Shown here: one piece after another, positions 51,411 to 61,028 of the stretch | How the letters are laid out: each line of letters opens with the position of its first letter | Numbering within the stretch: position 1 is the first letter of the stretch | Source: Patescibacteria group bacterium | GTDB taxonomy: Bacteria > Patescibacteriota > Saccharimonadia > Saccharimonadales > JANWIN01 | Assembly (NCBI GenBank): GCA_035480855.1 | Contig: DATIHJ010000019.1 | Span: forward strand, 80,096-144,095 | Length of the DNA stretch: 64,000 nt | Direction of reading: 5' to 3' | The notes under the pieces: model-generated | Databases searched by the model: none | Told to the model about the DNA's origin: nothing | Seen by the model: the letters and a program-made list of their open reading frames with translations, nothing else | Program-made: the position numbers and the translations under genes

Positions 51411-52160
51411 ATGCAGCGGCCACACGTATATACTCTTTCAGCACTGGTTATAACACTGGTTATTGGCGGAATTGTACTTGCATTTAAAAACCCTAGTCCT
51501 CTTCATTTGCCCAGCTCAACTACTAGTAAAAATCAAACTAGCTCATCACAGAAAAATAATGTACCACCGACCGGCTTTAACAAACAGCTTTACTCTATAA
51601 GTGATCCAGCCAGCATATGGGTGGTCGTGAATAAGACGAGGCCACTAAATCCAAACACCTATGCACCATCTGCTCTTACGCCAATAGGCAACGGACAGTT
51701 GATGCGGCTGCAATCAGCCCAGGCCCTTGCGACCTTATTTGCGGCTGCCAAGACGGCTGGCTTTAGCTTGTATGCAGAGAGTGGATACCGATCATATGGC
51801 ACACAGGCGGGCGTGTATGCTAGCGAAGTTAAAAATTTCGGTCAGGCCACTGCAGATAGCGAGAGCGCCCGGCCGGGCTATAGTGAGCATCAAACAGGTT
51901 GGGCCGTAGACATTGCTAGCCCTGGTTGCGTAGAAGACTGCTTTGGCAAAACGACGGCAGCGGCTTGGGTAAACTCCAACGCCTATACGTATGGGTTTAT
52001 CCAGCGTTATCCAACCGACAAAACAGCTATAACTGGGTATCGTAACGAACCGTGGCATTACCGCTATATAGGCGTATTGCTTGCCACAGAAATGCGCAAT
52101 AAAAGTATAAAAACTTTAGAAGAGTTCTTTGGCCTGCCTCCCGCCCCAGATTATAAGTAG
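51411..52160 (+). CDS. M15-family D-alanyl-D-alanine carboxypeptidase (VanY-like) with N-terminal anchor
   Basis: SGYRSY, SEHQTGWAVDI and EPWHYRY motifs. Confidence 0.85.
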   Translation: MQRPHVYTLSALVITLVIGGIVLAFKNPSPLHLPSSTTSKNQTSSSQKNNVPPTGFNKQLYSISDPASIWVVVNKTRPLNPNTYAPSALTPIGNGQLMRLQSAQALATLFAAAKTAGFSLYAESGYRSYGTQAGVYASEVKNFGQATADSESARPGYSEHQTGWAVDIASPGCVEDCFGKTTAAAWVNSNAYTYGFIQRYPTDKTAITGYRNEPWHYRYIGVLLATEMRNKSIKTLEEFFGLPPAPDYK

Positions 52161-52162
52161 GG

Positions 52163-53404
52163 TTAGTGGAAAATACGCCAATGGCCTGATGGAGTAGATG
52201 TAGTGTCACTAAGCACCACTGGAACAGTTTGACGACCAGCTGCACTATCTACACCGATTGTGCCCACCTCGTAACCAGCGCTATGAGGCTGTTGCAAAGG
52301 CAGCAAGCCAATACTGGGCTTGTAGGTAGCCCCGCGCCAACCAAATATTGTTAGGGCTTTTTGAGCAATCGCAGGTACATGTGTGCCCCAGGGTAGGGAA
52401 TAGTTTGCAATTGTCTGGCCAGATTTAACTACAGTAATTTGCCCAAAACCTTGGTAGGCAGCATCAAGCAGTGGTAAAGCATCACGCATAGCCACCCCAA
52501 GACTTGGAGCGCCCAAGATTGAACCTACGACTGTTATATGCTGGCCTGGTGCAACATCACGGATAGCAGCAAACAGATAACAGCCACCCGCATCACTAGT
52601 GTTGCCAGTCTTAATGCCAATAATTCCGTCCTGACCCAGTAGAAAGTTGGTGTTATATACAGTGCCCGCTACTGGAATATCCGCCTGTTGCTGGGCTACT
52701 ATCTCTGCCAGCACTGGGTTCTGCAACGCCGCCCCACCTAGTCTCACAAGATCCGTTGCCGTACTGATAGTCTCAGGTGAAAATCCGCTGGCATCGGCTA
52801 AGTGAGTACTAGCCATACCCAAGCTCTTTGCTAAATTATTTGAATAGGTTAGGTAGGCATCAACAGAGCCAAACGCCCATATAGCCAGCGTATCTGCCAT
52901 ATTGTTACCAGACGGTAAAATAAGCGCCTGCATCGCCTGATATTCGCTAATCTGTTCTCCTTCCTCTACAGCTACCACAGATCCGCCCTGCGCCGCTGCC
53001 TGCTGATACAGATCTACATCATGGGCACTAATAGTAATGAGCGGGCCTTGCTGCCCTGGTACAATCGGGTTTTGCCTAAGTACTGCCAACGCCACCATAA
53101 CCTTAGCAACGCTAGCAATTGGAACAGCCAGACCATCGTGAGAACTTGCCAGTACTCCATAACCCTGGGCGCCTATTGACGCCTGTCCATACGAGGGCCA
53201 GGGAAGGCTTATATTTTGGGCAGGGATAGCGCCGGCTACAAGCTCAGGTGACGTACTGGGCAGTGCTCTGTTATATGCCATAGCAGTATAAGTACCGCCC
53301 AGGACTGCCATAGCTAACACGAACATAACAAACAGGCGCACCAAATGGCGATGTTTTCGCTTAGCAGGTCGTTTGCGAAGCTCCTTTGGCTCTATCACTC
53401 TCAT
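52163..53404 (-). CDS. Serine-type D-Ala-D-Ala carboxypeptidase (S11, PBP5/6-like)
   Basis: SVAK (SxxK), SGN and KTG motifs in the correct order. N-terminal anchor. Confidence 0.85.
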   Translation of the reverse strand: MRVIEPKELRKRPAKRKHRHLVRLFVMFVLAMAVLGGTYTAMAYNRALPSTSPELVAGAIPAQNISLPWPSYGQASIGAQGYGVLASSHDGLAVPIASVAKVMVALAVLRQNPIVPGQQGPLITISAHDVDLYQQAAAQGGSVVAVEEGEQISEYQAMQALILPSGNNMADTLAIWAFGSVDAYLTYSNNLAKSLGMASTHLADASGFSPETISTATDLVRLGGAALQNPVLAEIVAQQQADIPVAGTVYNTNFLLGQDGIIGIKTGNTSDAGGCYLFAAIRDVAPGQHITVVGSILGAPSLGVAMRDALPLLDAAYQGFGQITVVKSGQTIANYSLPWGTHVPAIAQKALTIFGWRGATYKPSIGLLPLQQPHSAGYEVGTIGVDSAAGRQTVPVVLSDTTSTPSGHWRIFH

Positions 53405-53542
53405 GCATATAAGCTTACAGCTGATAGCAGACAGCTCATAGCATTTTCATACCGCTTGTGCATAAGTAGTATTGACAACAGTGCATATAGGGAGTAAACC
53501 TAGACTATAGGTTTGTAATTTTAGACAAAAAGTGAGTTAACA

Positions 53543-54091
53543 ATGGCGCAACACGTCGATACAATTTTCCCAATTACATCAGATGCTGCAGGAGGTGAGT
53601 TCCAGGCCACATTGCACTTAGTCCAACCAGGAATTATAGGCAAGATTGAACCAGGAAAAGAAAAAGAACATGCTGTACCAGAATTGTATGACGATACTAT
53701 GCGCAGCTTCTTTGCGATGGTTGAAATGCTTTATGCGCCTGTTATGGATGGAGACAATGGTAACACTCTGATTGCGGAGACAGTAGGTAGGGTAGAAGTA
53801 TACACAGATGAAGGTGAAAAATTTTTAATTACACATGGAAATGATGATCAGGGAAACTCGATCGCCGCTGTACTCACACACGACGGACGCCATGAGCATG
53901 ACCATGCGTTATCTATAATTGATGCTGGCGATAGAGGTATTTATACGGAACAGCATCGTTTTCGTTATTCCAACAGCAAACTTATAGAGAGCTTTAGCGA
54001 GCCAATTAAGGAACGCGATTATGTCCAGGTATTTGACAGAATGATTGACCTGGTAATGACGGGTAACGCGACAATTGTCGCAAACCCATAA
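53543..54091 (+). CDS. Hypothetical 182-aa acidic protein with a His/Asp cluster (HDGRHEHDH)
   Basis: ORF only. No family recognised. Confidence 0.4.
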   Translation: MAQHVDTIFPITSDAAGGEFQATLHLVQPGIIGKIEPGKEKEHAVPELYDDTMRSFFAMVEMLYAPVMDGDNGNTLIAETVGRVEVYTDEGEKFLITHGNDDQGNSIAAVLTHDGRHEHDHALSIIDAGDRGIYTEQHRFRYSNSKLIESFSEPIKERDYVQVFDRMIDLVMTGNATIVANP

Positions 54092-54117
54092 ATAGGCTAA
54101 AATTTAATCTGTTATAG

Positions 54118-54191
54118 TTCGGGATCGTCTAATGGTAGGACACCGGGTTTTGGTCCCGGCAATCTAGGTTCGAATCCTAGTCCCGAAGCCA
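54118..54191 (+). tRNA. tRNA-Gln (anticodon UUG), CCA encoded
   Basis: Acceptor TTCGGGA/TCCCGAA (U1-A72), anticodon stem CCGGG/CCCGG with loop TTTTGGT, T arm CTAGG-TTCGAAT-CCTAG. Confidence 0.9.
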
Positions 54192-54245
54192 TGTATATAT
54201 GAATTCACCCAGATATTCGTTTTATAACTATGGTCGCGGTGCACG

Positions 54246-54881
54246 ATGAATGATTTTTCATGGCTGAAGGGAAACGCAGATGAAATTGCACCGCGTCTGT
54301 TGGGGTGTGTTTTAGAGCGCATTATTGACGGCAAATCTATTAGTGGCAAGATAGTGGAAGTAGAGGCTTATGACCAGTCGGATTCAGCCAGCCACAGCTA
54401 TAGGGGCAAAACAGCCAGAACCGAGATAATGTTTGGTGCGCCTGGCCACTTGTATGTGTACTTTACCTATGGCATGCATTACTGCTGCAATATAGTTGTG
54501 GGCCCATCTGGACATGGCTCTGCAGTATTAATACGGGCAATAGAACCGATAGGGGGCTTGGAGACTATGGCGACTAAGCGCGGCGGCAAAGTTGGACAAG
54601 AGCTTACCAACGGCCCCGCCAAACTGTGCCAAGCGCTTGGAATAGACAAGGCACTCAACGGCCACGATTTACATAAAAAGCCCTTACAGCTAAAAGTTGG
54701 TAAGCAAATTCCTAAAGGTCAGATTGTCCAGACAACCCGCATTGGCATACGCCATGCAACAGATACACCCTGGAGGTTTTATATTAAGGATAACGTGTAC
54801 GTTTCAAAAGCTAAGATGTTTACCCTACAGAAAAACCCGCTCGTGGCGAATGTCGAGCGGGCTATAATGCTTGACGCCTAA
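54246..54881 (+). CDS. mpg: DNA-3-methyladenine glycosylase (Mpg/AAG family)
   Basis: VEVEAYDQSDSASHSYRGKTARTEIMFGAPGHLYVYFTYGMHYCCN motif block. Confidence 0.88.
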   Translation: MNDFSWLKGNADEIAPRLLGCVLERIIDGKSISGKIVEVEAYDQSDSASHSYRGKTARTEIMFGAPGHLYVYFTYGMHYCCNIVVGPSGHGSAVLIRAIEPIGGLETMATKRGGKVGQELTNGPAKLCQALGIDKALNGHDLHKKPLQLKVGKQIPKGQIVQTTRIGIRHATDTPWRFYIKDNVYVSKAKMFTLQKNPLVANVERAIMLDA

Positions 54882-54972
54882 TGATGGTACAGGTTACTCC
54901 ACCAAGCATAGCTATATTTAAAATCTGTTGCTATAGATTGTCTGTGAGAATACTTACAAAACCTATAGCCTA

Positions 54973-55374
54973 TCAGACCAGTGAGGAAACTAACGAGTGA
55001 ATATCGCCAATAGTTTCTCTGGTCTTATCTTCCGATAAGCCCTTGAGATCAGGTACATTCCAACGGGGAAATTCACCCAACCAATCGGGTATAACATTTA
55101 GCTCCGCCATTACAAATATATGGGCATATATATCTTTCATTTCTTGCGACACCCTTTGACGACGGCATTCTGATATATCAATGTTATAGTCGCGCTTCAT
55201 AACATCTATTGTGTATTTGGCTTCTGGTCTGTCACCAACTTTTTGTCCGGGGATATCAACATTAATACCCGCAGATTCAGCTTCTCCTTGGTGAAGCTGA
55301 TTATAAAACGCTGCTCCTACTTGGCTTCGGCCTATATTTTCGCGACATACAAATAGTACTCGATGCACATCCAT
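54973..55374 (-). CDS. Low-molecular-weight phosphatase family protein (LMW-PTP / ArsC-like)
   Basis: VLFVCRENIGRS contains the C-X5-R P-loop. Confidence 0.7.
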   Translation of the reverse strand: MDVHRVLFVCRENIGRSQVGAAFYNQLHQGEAESAGINVDIPGQKVGDRPEAKYTIDVMKRDYNIDISECRRQRVSQEMKDIYAHIFVMAELNVIPDWLGEFPRWNVPDLKGLSEDKTRETIGDIHSLVSSLV

Positions 55375-55377
55375 TAT

Positions 55378-56076
55378 CTACCTTGCTTCAAACGCCTCAA
55401 GTTTGAGTTTTTCTATACTAGGGACAGAAATATATTTGCCTGTTTTAATTAACTTTTTCTTTCTGAGTTGCGACATACATAAAGACACTGTTTCTCTAGT
55501 CGTACTAAGCACATCCGCCATATCCTGTTGGGTCAAAGGTATCTTAATTTTTGCACTGTCGCCTTTTTTTTCACTAAATTTATTAGCAAAGAACCAAAGT
55601 TGATGTGCCACCCGCGTATAGGATATTCCTAGACTAATATTCTCTAACTGATGTATGTTTGACTGAAACCTATCGGCTGCTACTAGTAATAAGTCACCAT
55701 AAAGAAGGGGGTCTGTCTTTATAGCTTCAACCAGTGCACCCCCGTCAAGGCTATATAGAGAAGTCCTAGTCATAGCTTCGTAATAATACGTTTCTGGACC
55801 ACTATAAATTGACTTATTGAACAGTAGCCTAAAAACATAAGTCAGCGGGAAAACTTCTTTTGGTCCGTAAATACTCTGTATACTTATGTTTCCCGTATTG
55901 GTTATTTGGTAGCGTTTAATATAACCCTCCTTCACCATCTGTAATGACTTATTGTCCTCGGTAGAAAGCACTATCTCACCCTTAGGTACAGTATAAGTCC
56001 TACCTTGTCTGATTAGGTCTGCCAACTGTCCCGCCACTGCAGTAGTGAACATACTTATTATTAAACCATATCCCAA
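55378..56076 (-). CDS. Crp/Fnr-family transcriptional regulator
   Basis: N-terminal cNMP-binding-like barrel and C-terminal HTH (TQQDMADVLSTTRETVSLCMSQLRKKKLI). TTG start at 56076; an ATG at 56052 is an alternative. Confidence 0.75.
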   Translation of the reverse strand: MGYGLIISMFTTAVAGQLADLIRQGRTYTVPKGEIVLSTEDNKSLQMVKEGYIKRYQITNTGNISIQSIYGPKEVFPLTYVFRLLFNKSIYSGPETYYYEAMTRTSLYSLDGGALVEAIKTDPLLYGDLLLVAADRFQSNIHQLENISLGISYTRVAHQLWFFANKFSEKKGDSAKIKIPLTQQDMADVLSTTRETVSLCMSQLRKKKLIKTGKYISVPSIEKLKLEAFEAR

Positions 56077-56145
56077 ATGTTATCTATAAGATTTCTCACC
56101 ATGATTATGAATAAATTTGGTGGTCTGTAAGGGTATAAATGTTTG

Positions 56146-56154
56146 TGCTAAACT
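56146..56154 (+). promoter_or_regulatory. Extended -10 TGcTAAACT 7 nt upstream of ATG 56162 (leaderless geometry)
   Basis: TAAACT at 56149-54. Confidence 0.4.
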
Positions 56155-56161
56155 GAAAAAT

Positions 56162-57046
56162 ATGGGCATAGAGGTACCTACTCCTAGCCACAGAGCGTAT
56201 GCGTCTGACATGCGATTTGATAGCGTTGCGCAATATGGTGGCACGGCCCTATATTTAATAAGCCGTGAGAAGGTTTACGGACATACCCGTGAGGGTGTAA
56301 CCATGCATGACCGACTGCATAAAGAGGGGCTTGCTAACCTTCGTGGAGACGAGACTGTTGTTGATCTAGGGTGTGGTTATGGTAGGACTCTGCGCAAACT
56401 ACGTGATCGTGGGCACAAGGGACATCTTGTGGGATTTGATGCAAATGATACATGGTCGGTATTACCTCCAAAAGATCTGAAAGGTCTTGATCTTATCTTA
56501 AAAGACGCTCGAAATACAGAACTACCTGATGAATCCGCAGACGTAGTCATATTGGAAAAGTCTATTTACCATTTTCCTAATATTCTGCCAGAGGTGTACA
56601 GAATAATGAAACCAGGCGCACGGGCTGAGGTAACAACCTCAGGAGAATACAATAAAACCAAACAACGCATACTCCAAGAATTAATTATCAGGGCTATAAA
56701 CAATGACAATCAAGAGGAAGAGGAAATAACTTCTCCTGTTGATCTAGCTGCGCCGTTTAAAAGCGCTAAAATGTATGATCTAATGCCGGTAATTTTTGAT
56801 ACGGTAGTAAAACACGAACCCATTCAGACTATAATGATTATCAACGGTCTTGAAGCACTTGAAGATTATGTAGGGTCGATAGATTCAATGTCCACTACTT
56901 GTAACCCACCTATACCAGGTGGTATATGGCACCCATATACCTTACGTCACGCTGTCCCTCTCATTAAAATGGAGTGGCACTTAAACGGCCGTTACTCAGA
57001 TTTTATAGATCAGCACTGGATGACTGGCTATAAAAAGGCTGCCTAA
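56162..57046 (+). CDS. Class I SAM-dependent methyltransferase
   Basis: Motif I VVDLGCGYGRT. ATG 56162 is preferred over the ORF track TTG 56117. Confidence 0.75.
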   Translation: MGIEVPTPSHRAYASDMRFDSVAQYGGTALYLISREKVYGHTREGVTMHDRLHKEGLANLRGDETVVDLGCGYGRTLRKLRDRGHKGHLVGFDANDTWSVLPPKDLKGLDLILKDARNTELPDESADVVILEKSIYHFPNILPEVYRIMKPGARAEVTTSGEYNKTKQRILQELIIRAINNDNQEEEEITSPVDLAAPFKSAKMYDLMPVIFDTVVKHEPIQTIMIINGLEALEDYVGSIDSMSTTCNPPIPGGIWHPYTLRHAVPLIKMEWHLNGRYSDFIDQHWMTGYKKAA

Positions 57047-57237
57047 TAGCTTAAGTGGCGGCCATTCAATGAATGACTCTCAGAAATTGCCATACGGCTA
57101 GCTAGTTTGCGCCAGCGCCTATCACGGAGTTTGCGTGCCCGTTTCTGCCAATTATGTGCGTCGTCAAAAACGTCCTCCATGTAGTTTACGTGTTTCTCTG
57201 ACCGTATTGGTGTTGCTATGAAACGATTGCTACGCAT
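57043..57237 (-). CDS. Small basic 64-aa hypothetical protein
   Basis: Excellent SD GGGAGG 8 nt upstream of the ATG. R/K-rich. Confidence 0.4.
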   Translation of the reverse strand: MRSNRFIATPIRSEKHVNYMEDVFDDAHNWQKRARKLRDRRWRKLASRMAISESHSLNGRHLSY

Positions 57238-57394
57238 TTGCTATTCCTCCCTTACCTTTTCTCCTAGCATCAATAGTGTATCCAAATGGTGTAAGGCAGT
57301 CTGTGTGAAAATTCACAAATACAGAGGCCAGTATAAGGGCACAAACTTTGAACTATCTTGTATACTAGAAAGAGTAAATAAGGAAGGGCTAGAT

Positions 57395-57784
57395 ATGAAG
57401 GCAGTGGCAGCATTTAGTGGATTTTCTGTAAAAGATTTAGCAGAGGCTAAAGACTTTTATAAAGGTAAACTTGGCTTAAAACTAAACGATGAGAAAATGG
57501 GACTAGACTTTAGCTTACCTGGTGGGGGCAAAATGTTTATATATCAAAAGGATAGTCATGAGCCAGCCACATTTACTATCCTAAACTTTGTGGTTGAGGA
57601 TATTGACGAAGCAGTCAAAGACTTAAAGTCAAAAGGCATAACGTTTGAGCAATATGATTTTGGCGGCGGCGCTAAAACCGATGCAAACGATATTATGCGT
57701 GGCCTAGCCGCAAAGCAGGGTCCAGACATAGCCTGGTTTAAAGACCCAGACAATAACATACTCGCTGTCTTGCAAGCTAAATAA
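57395..57784 (+). CDS. VOC (glyoxalase/bleomycin-resistance/dioxygenase) family protein
   Basis: ATG 57395 follows SD AAGGAAGGG. The ORF track start at 57218 has no SD. Confidence 0.65.
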   Translation: MKAVAAFSGFSVKDLAEAKDFYKGKLGLKLNDEKMGLDFSLPGGGKMFIYQKDSHEPATFTILNFVVEDIDEAVKDLKSKGITFEQYDFGGGAKTDANDIMRGLAAKQGPDIAWFKDPDNNILAVLQAK

Positions 57785-57785
57785 C

Positions 57786-58736
57786 ATGGCCAAACCCCTA
57801 ATCGTAATATCCGGCTCTCTGGCTATTGATCGTATAATGAATTTTGATGGGCACTATAGGGAGTTGATTGAACCTAGCAAAATTGAAGTCCTATCTGTAA
57901 GTGTACTTGTGAATTCGCTTGAGGAAGCAGAAGGTGGAACTGGAGCTAATATTGCTCACAACCTAGCGAGTATGGGTGAAAAGCCCATACTGCTTGCATC
58001 TGCAGGCAAAAGCGCCACTAGTTACGTTGAGCGTCTTGCTACCTCCGGTATAGACACTAGTAATGTACACATTAGCAAACTACCCACTGCTTCTTTCAAC
58101 GTTTTAACAGATAGTGCAAGTAATCAAGTAGGCGGATTCTATCCTGGCGCCATGGCAGACGCCAGTACACTCAGTTTTGAGCCATACAGTGGGCAAGATG
58201 TCATTGCCTGCATATCTGCCCATGATCCCGTCGCTATGCGCCGCCAGAGTGAGGAATGTGTAAAACACAAAATCCGCCTGGTCTATGACCCCGGGCAGCA
58301 AGTGAGTAATATTTCTGGTGAAGATTTGCGAGTAGGAGTAGAGGCCGCAGAAGTAGTTATCGTTAACGAGTACGAGCTGGATATGCTTACGAAAAAAACC
58401 GGTTGGACCGCGTCGCAGCTAGAATCAAAAATTCCAGTACTAATTAGTACACATGGCGAACAAGGGTCACGTATAGCAGGAAAAAGTATTCCCAGTTCCA
58501 TACAGATCAGTAGCGCCAAGCCGGTCAAGATTGCAGATCCTACAGGGGCAGGAGACGCCTACCGGGCTGGCTTTTTATATGGTTATTTGCGACAATGGGA
58601 GCCTGGAAAGTGCGGACAGTTGGGCTCGGTTGTGGCATCATTTGCACTTGAGCAGCATGGACCACAAGCCAAACTGTCTCAACCAGATATAGAAGCACGT
58701 TATCAGCAAACATTTAATGAGAAGGTAGTACTGTAG
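57786..58736 (+). CDS. PfkB-family carbohydrate/nucleoside kinase (adenosine-kinase-like)
   Basis: [16 protein letters not shown] signature. Confidence 0.8.
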   Translation: MAKPLIVISGSLAIDRIMNFDGHYRELIEPSKIEVLSVSVLVNSLEEAEGGTGANIAHNLASMGEKPILLASAGKSATSYVERLATSGIDTSNVHISKLPTASFNVLTDSASNQVGGFYPGAMADASTLSFEPYSGQDVIACISAHDPVAMRRQSEECVKHKIRLVYDPGQQVSNISGEDLRVGVEAAEVVIVNEYELDMLTKKTGWTASQLESKIPVLISTHGEQGSRIAGKSIPSSIQISSAKPVKIADPTGAGDAYRAGFLYGYLRQWEPGKCGQLGSVVASFALEQHGPQAKLSQPDIEARYQQTFNEKVVL

Positions 58737-60022
58737 TGGATTATAAAGTCAAAGACATCAAGCTGGCCAAATGGGGCCGCCAAGAAATAACATTAGCCGA
58801 AAGTGAAATGCCAGGGCTAATGTCACTGCGCGAGGAGTACGGAAAAGTAAAGCCACTCAAAGGTGCACGCATCGCCGGCTCCATACATATGACTATTCAA
58901 ACAGCTGTGCTAGTAGAAACACTTCAGGCGCTTGGCGCTGATGTCCGCTGGTCTTCATGCAACATCTTTTCTACACAAGACCACGCAGCTGCTGCTATTG
59001 CGGAGGCTGGAACACCGGTGTTTGCCTGGAAAGGTGAAACAGAAAAAGAATACTGGTGGTGCGTGGAGCAAACCCTGAAATTTGGCGACGACCTTGGCCC
59101 AAACATGCTGCTGGATGACGGTGGCGACCTAACAGATCTGGTACACGATAAACACCCTAAGCTGCTAGAAAAGATAAAAGGCGTTTCAGAAGAAACTACT
59201 ACGGGTGTTAAACAATTAGACAAATTCTTTAAGGACGGTTCACTTAAAATCCCAGCCATAAACGTCAACGATTCAGTTACCAAATCTAAGTTTGATAACC
59301 TCTATGGTTGTCGTGAGTCGCTGATGGACGGTATTAAACGAGCTACAGACGTCATGATTGCCGGCAAAGTAGCTGTAGTAGCCGGTTACGGCGATGTAGG
59401 TAAGGGCAGTGCACAGTCATTACGTGCATTTGGCGCTAGAGTGCTAATTACAGAAATTGATCCTATCTGTGCCTTGCAGGCGCTAATGGAGGGCTACGAG
59501 GTAGTTACTATGGATCAGGCAGCTCCGCAGGCAGATATATTTGTAACTGCTACCGGCTGCAAAGATATAATTACGCTAGAACACATGCAGAAGATGAAAG
59601 ATACTGCTATTGTTTGCAACATTGGCCACTTTGATCACGAAATCCAGGTAAAGCAGCTTAACGAGCTTAAGGGAGCTAAAAAAGAAACCATCAAACCGCT
59701 CGTAGATATGTACACAATGCCTTCCGGCCGTCGTTTAATACTATTGTCTGAAGGCCGTCTGGTGAACCTTGGCAACGCCACCGGTCACCCATCGTTCGTC
59801 ATGTCCTGCTCCTTCTCTAACCAAGTACTTGCCCAAATTGAACTCTATACCAAGCCTTACGACATTGGTGTCCACCGTCTACCCAAAGCACTGGACGAAA
59901 AGGTTGCAGCCATTCATGTTGCTGCGCTTGACGGACACGTCAGTAAGCTCAGCCAAGATCAGGCTAAATATCTTGGCTTAAAAGTAGACGGGCCGTTCAA
60001 ATCTGAGTTTTATCGCTACTAA
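58736..60022 (+). CDS. ahcY: S-adenosyl-L-homocysteine hydrolase
   Basis: [16 protein letters not shown], the [11 protein letters not shown] site and the [10 protein letters not shown] motif. The GTG overlaps the previous stop by 1 nt. Confidence 0.95.
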   Translation: MDYKVKDIKLAKWGRQEITLAESEMPGLMSLREEYGKVKPLKGARIAGSIHMTIQTAVLVETLQALGADVRWSSCNIFSTQDHAAAAIAEAGTPVFAWKGETEKEYWWCVEQTLKFGDDLGPNMLLDDGGDLTDLVHDKHPKLLEKIKGVSEETTTGVKQLDKFFKDGSLKIPAINVNDSVTKSKFDNLYGCRESLMDGIKRATDVMIAGKVAVVAGYGDVGKGSAQSLRAFGARVLITEIDPICALQALMEGYEVVTMDQAAPQADIFVTATGCKDIITLEHMQKMKDTAIVCNIGHFDHEIQVKQLNELKGAKKETIKPLVDMYTMPSGRRLILLSEGRLVNLGNATGHPSFVMSCSFSNQVLAQIELYTKPYDIGVHRLPKALDEKVAAIHVAALDGHVSKLSQDQAKYLGLKVDGPFKSEFYRY

Positions 60023-60837
60023 TTTAAGTTTTTTAAATAATTACTAAACTGTTTCATGAGTGTCGATAGACTTGTAGAGCTTGAGCCAAACACGTACCCA
60101 TCAATTGATTTAGCAGGCAGGATTTTAGATGATGTGCTAGTGACAAATGCAGCTTCGTATTGATCCAAATCATCAAGATGAATTGGTTTGTGCGCCACCT
60201 TAAATCCGTTTTTCTGAGCATAGTCTAAGACGGCGGCACGCATAATACCTGGTAATATTTGCTCTTCTGGTGGACTTGTAATAGTTTGTCCCTTTAGGCA
60301 CAAAAAGTTGGTACGGGTCCCCTCTGTTATATAGCCAGCTGGGTTTATCAGCAGTGCATCGTAAGCCCTTTGTTGTTTAGCCTGCCGATAAGCCAAGTAG
60401 CTAGGCAGCATATTGAGTGTTTTGGCGTGTGGATAATCACGTACATGCTCACAAGTAATAAAGTGCGCACCCTGCATATATAGCTTTCTGTCTGGGAATA
60501 ACGGCACCAGGCACAGTATATACAGCTTGGCGTCAGCTGGTGTGAGTCCTCCCACTAGTATTACCTTTATATTGCAAGTTTCTACTTTGTTCTTGGTAAT
60601 TAGCCCAATAATGCTTTCTTGAATAAACACTGGGGAAAATGAATGCTCTAGAGATATTATCTTTGCAGATGCTAGTAGTCTGTTGCAATGTTGGCTTATA
60701 AAATATGGTTTGCCACGCACTACACGAAGCGCTTCGTAAACACCAAAGCCATATTGATACTCTATGTTTGCTATGGAAATTACAGCTTGCTCTATGGGCA
60801 GCAATTTACCATTTGCCGAAAAATATCTATATTTCAT
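60019..60837 (-). CDS. Class IV (fold type IV) PLP aminotransferase: branched-chain, D-amino-acid, or ADC-lyase type
   Basis: [31 protein letters not shown] block typical of class IV enzymes. Confidence 0.78.
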   Translation of the reverse strand: MKYRYFSANGKLLPIEQAVISIANIEYQYGFGVYEALRVVRGKPYFISQHCNRLLASAKIISLEHSFSPVFIQESIIGLITKNKVETCNIKVILVGGLTPADAKLYILCLVPLFPDRKLYMQGAHFITCEHVRDYPHAKTLNMLPSYLAYRQAKQQRAYDALLINPAGYITEGTRTNFLCLKGQTITSPPEEQILPGIMRAAVLDYAQKNGFKVAHKPIHLDDLDQYEAAFVTSTSSKILPAKSIDGYVFGSSSTSLSTLMKQFSNYLKNLN

Positions 60838-60845
60838 TTGCCCCT

Positions 60846-60851
60846 ATTATA
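60846..60851 (-). promoter_or_regulatory. -10 box TATAAT 8 nt upstream of ATG 60837 (leaderless geometry)
   Basis: The minus strand reads gatTATAAT-aggggcaa-ATG. Confidence 0.35.
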
Positions 60852-60952
60852 ATCTGTAAACGCTATACCAGCTATAACGCCGAAAATGCACTAGCAATAT
60901 AGCAAAATTTGATATATTATTTTTTGGTCGATCCTCTCTTAGGGCTAATTAA

Positions 60953-60979
60953 CCTCTACCTGTTGGTAGCGGATTTTTT
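60953..60979 (+). promoter_or_regulatory. Terminator-like hairpin plus T6 tract in the leader of the ATP-grasp gene
   Basis: CCtCTACC-TGTT-GGTAGcGG (one mismatch) followed by ATTTTTT. An extended -10 TGaTATATT lies at 60910-18. Confidence 0.35.
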
Positions 60980-61028
60980 GCCTGGCAGATAGACGTAAAT
61001 TAGCTCTTAGGCGGATCTCCATTAAGCT

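Noticed and set aside
60924-60992. Leu-rich 22-codon ORF (TTG start, MVDPLLGLINLYLLVADFLPGR) in the ATP-grasp leader, considered as a fourth leader peptide.
   Set aside because: It needs a TTG start only 5 nt after the -10 box, and leaderless initiation normally requires AUG. The ORF also runs straight through the hairpin instead of ending before it. The hairpin itself is kept as a low-confidence feature.
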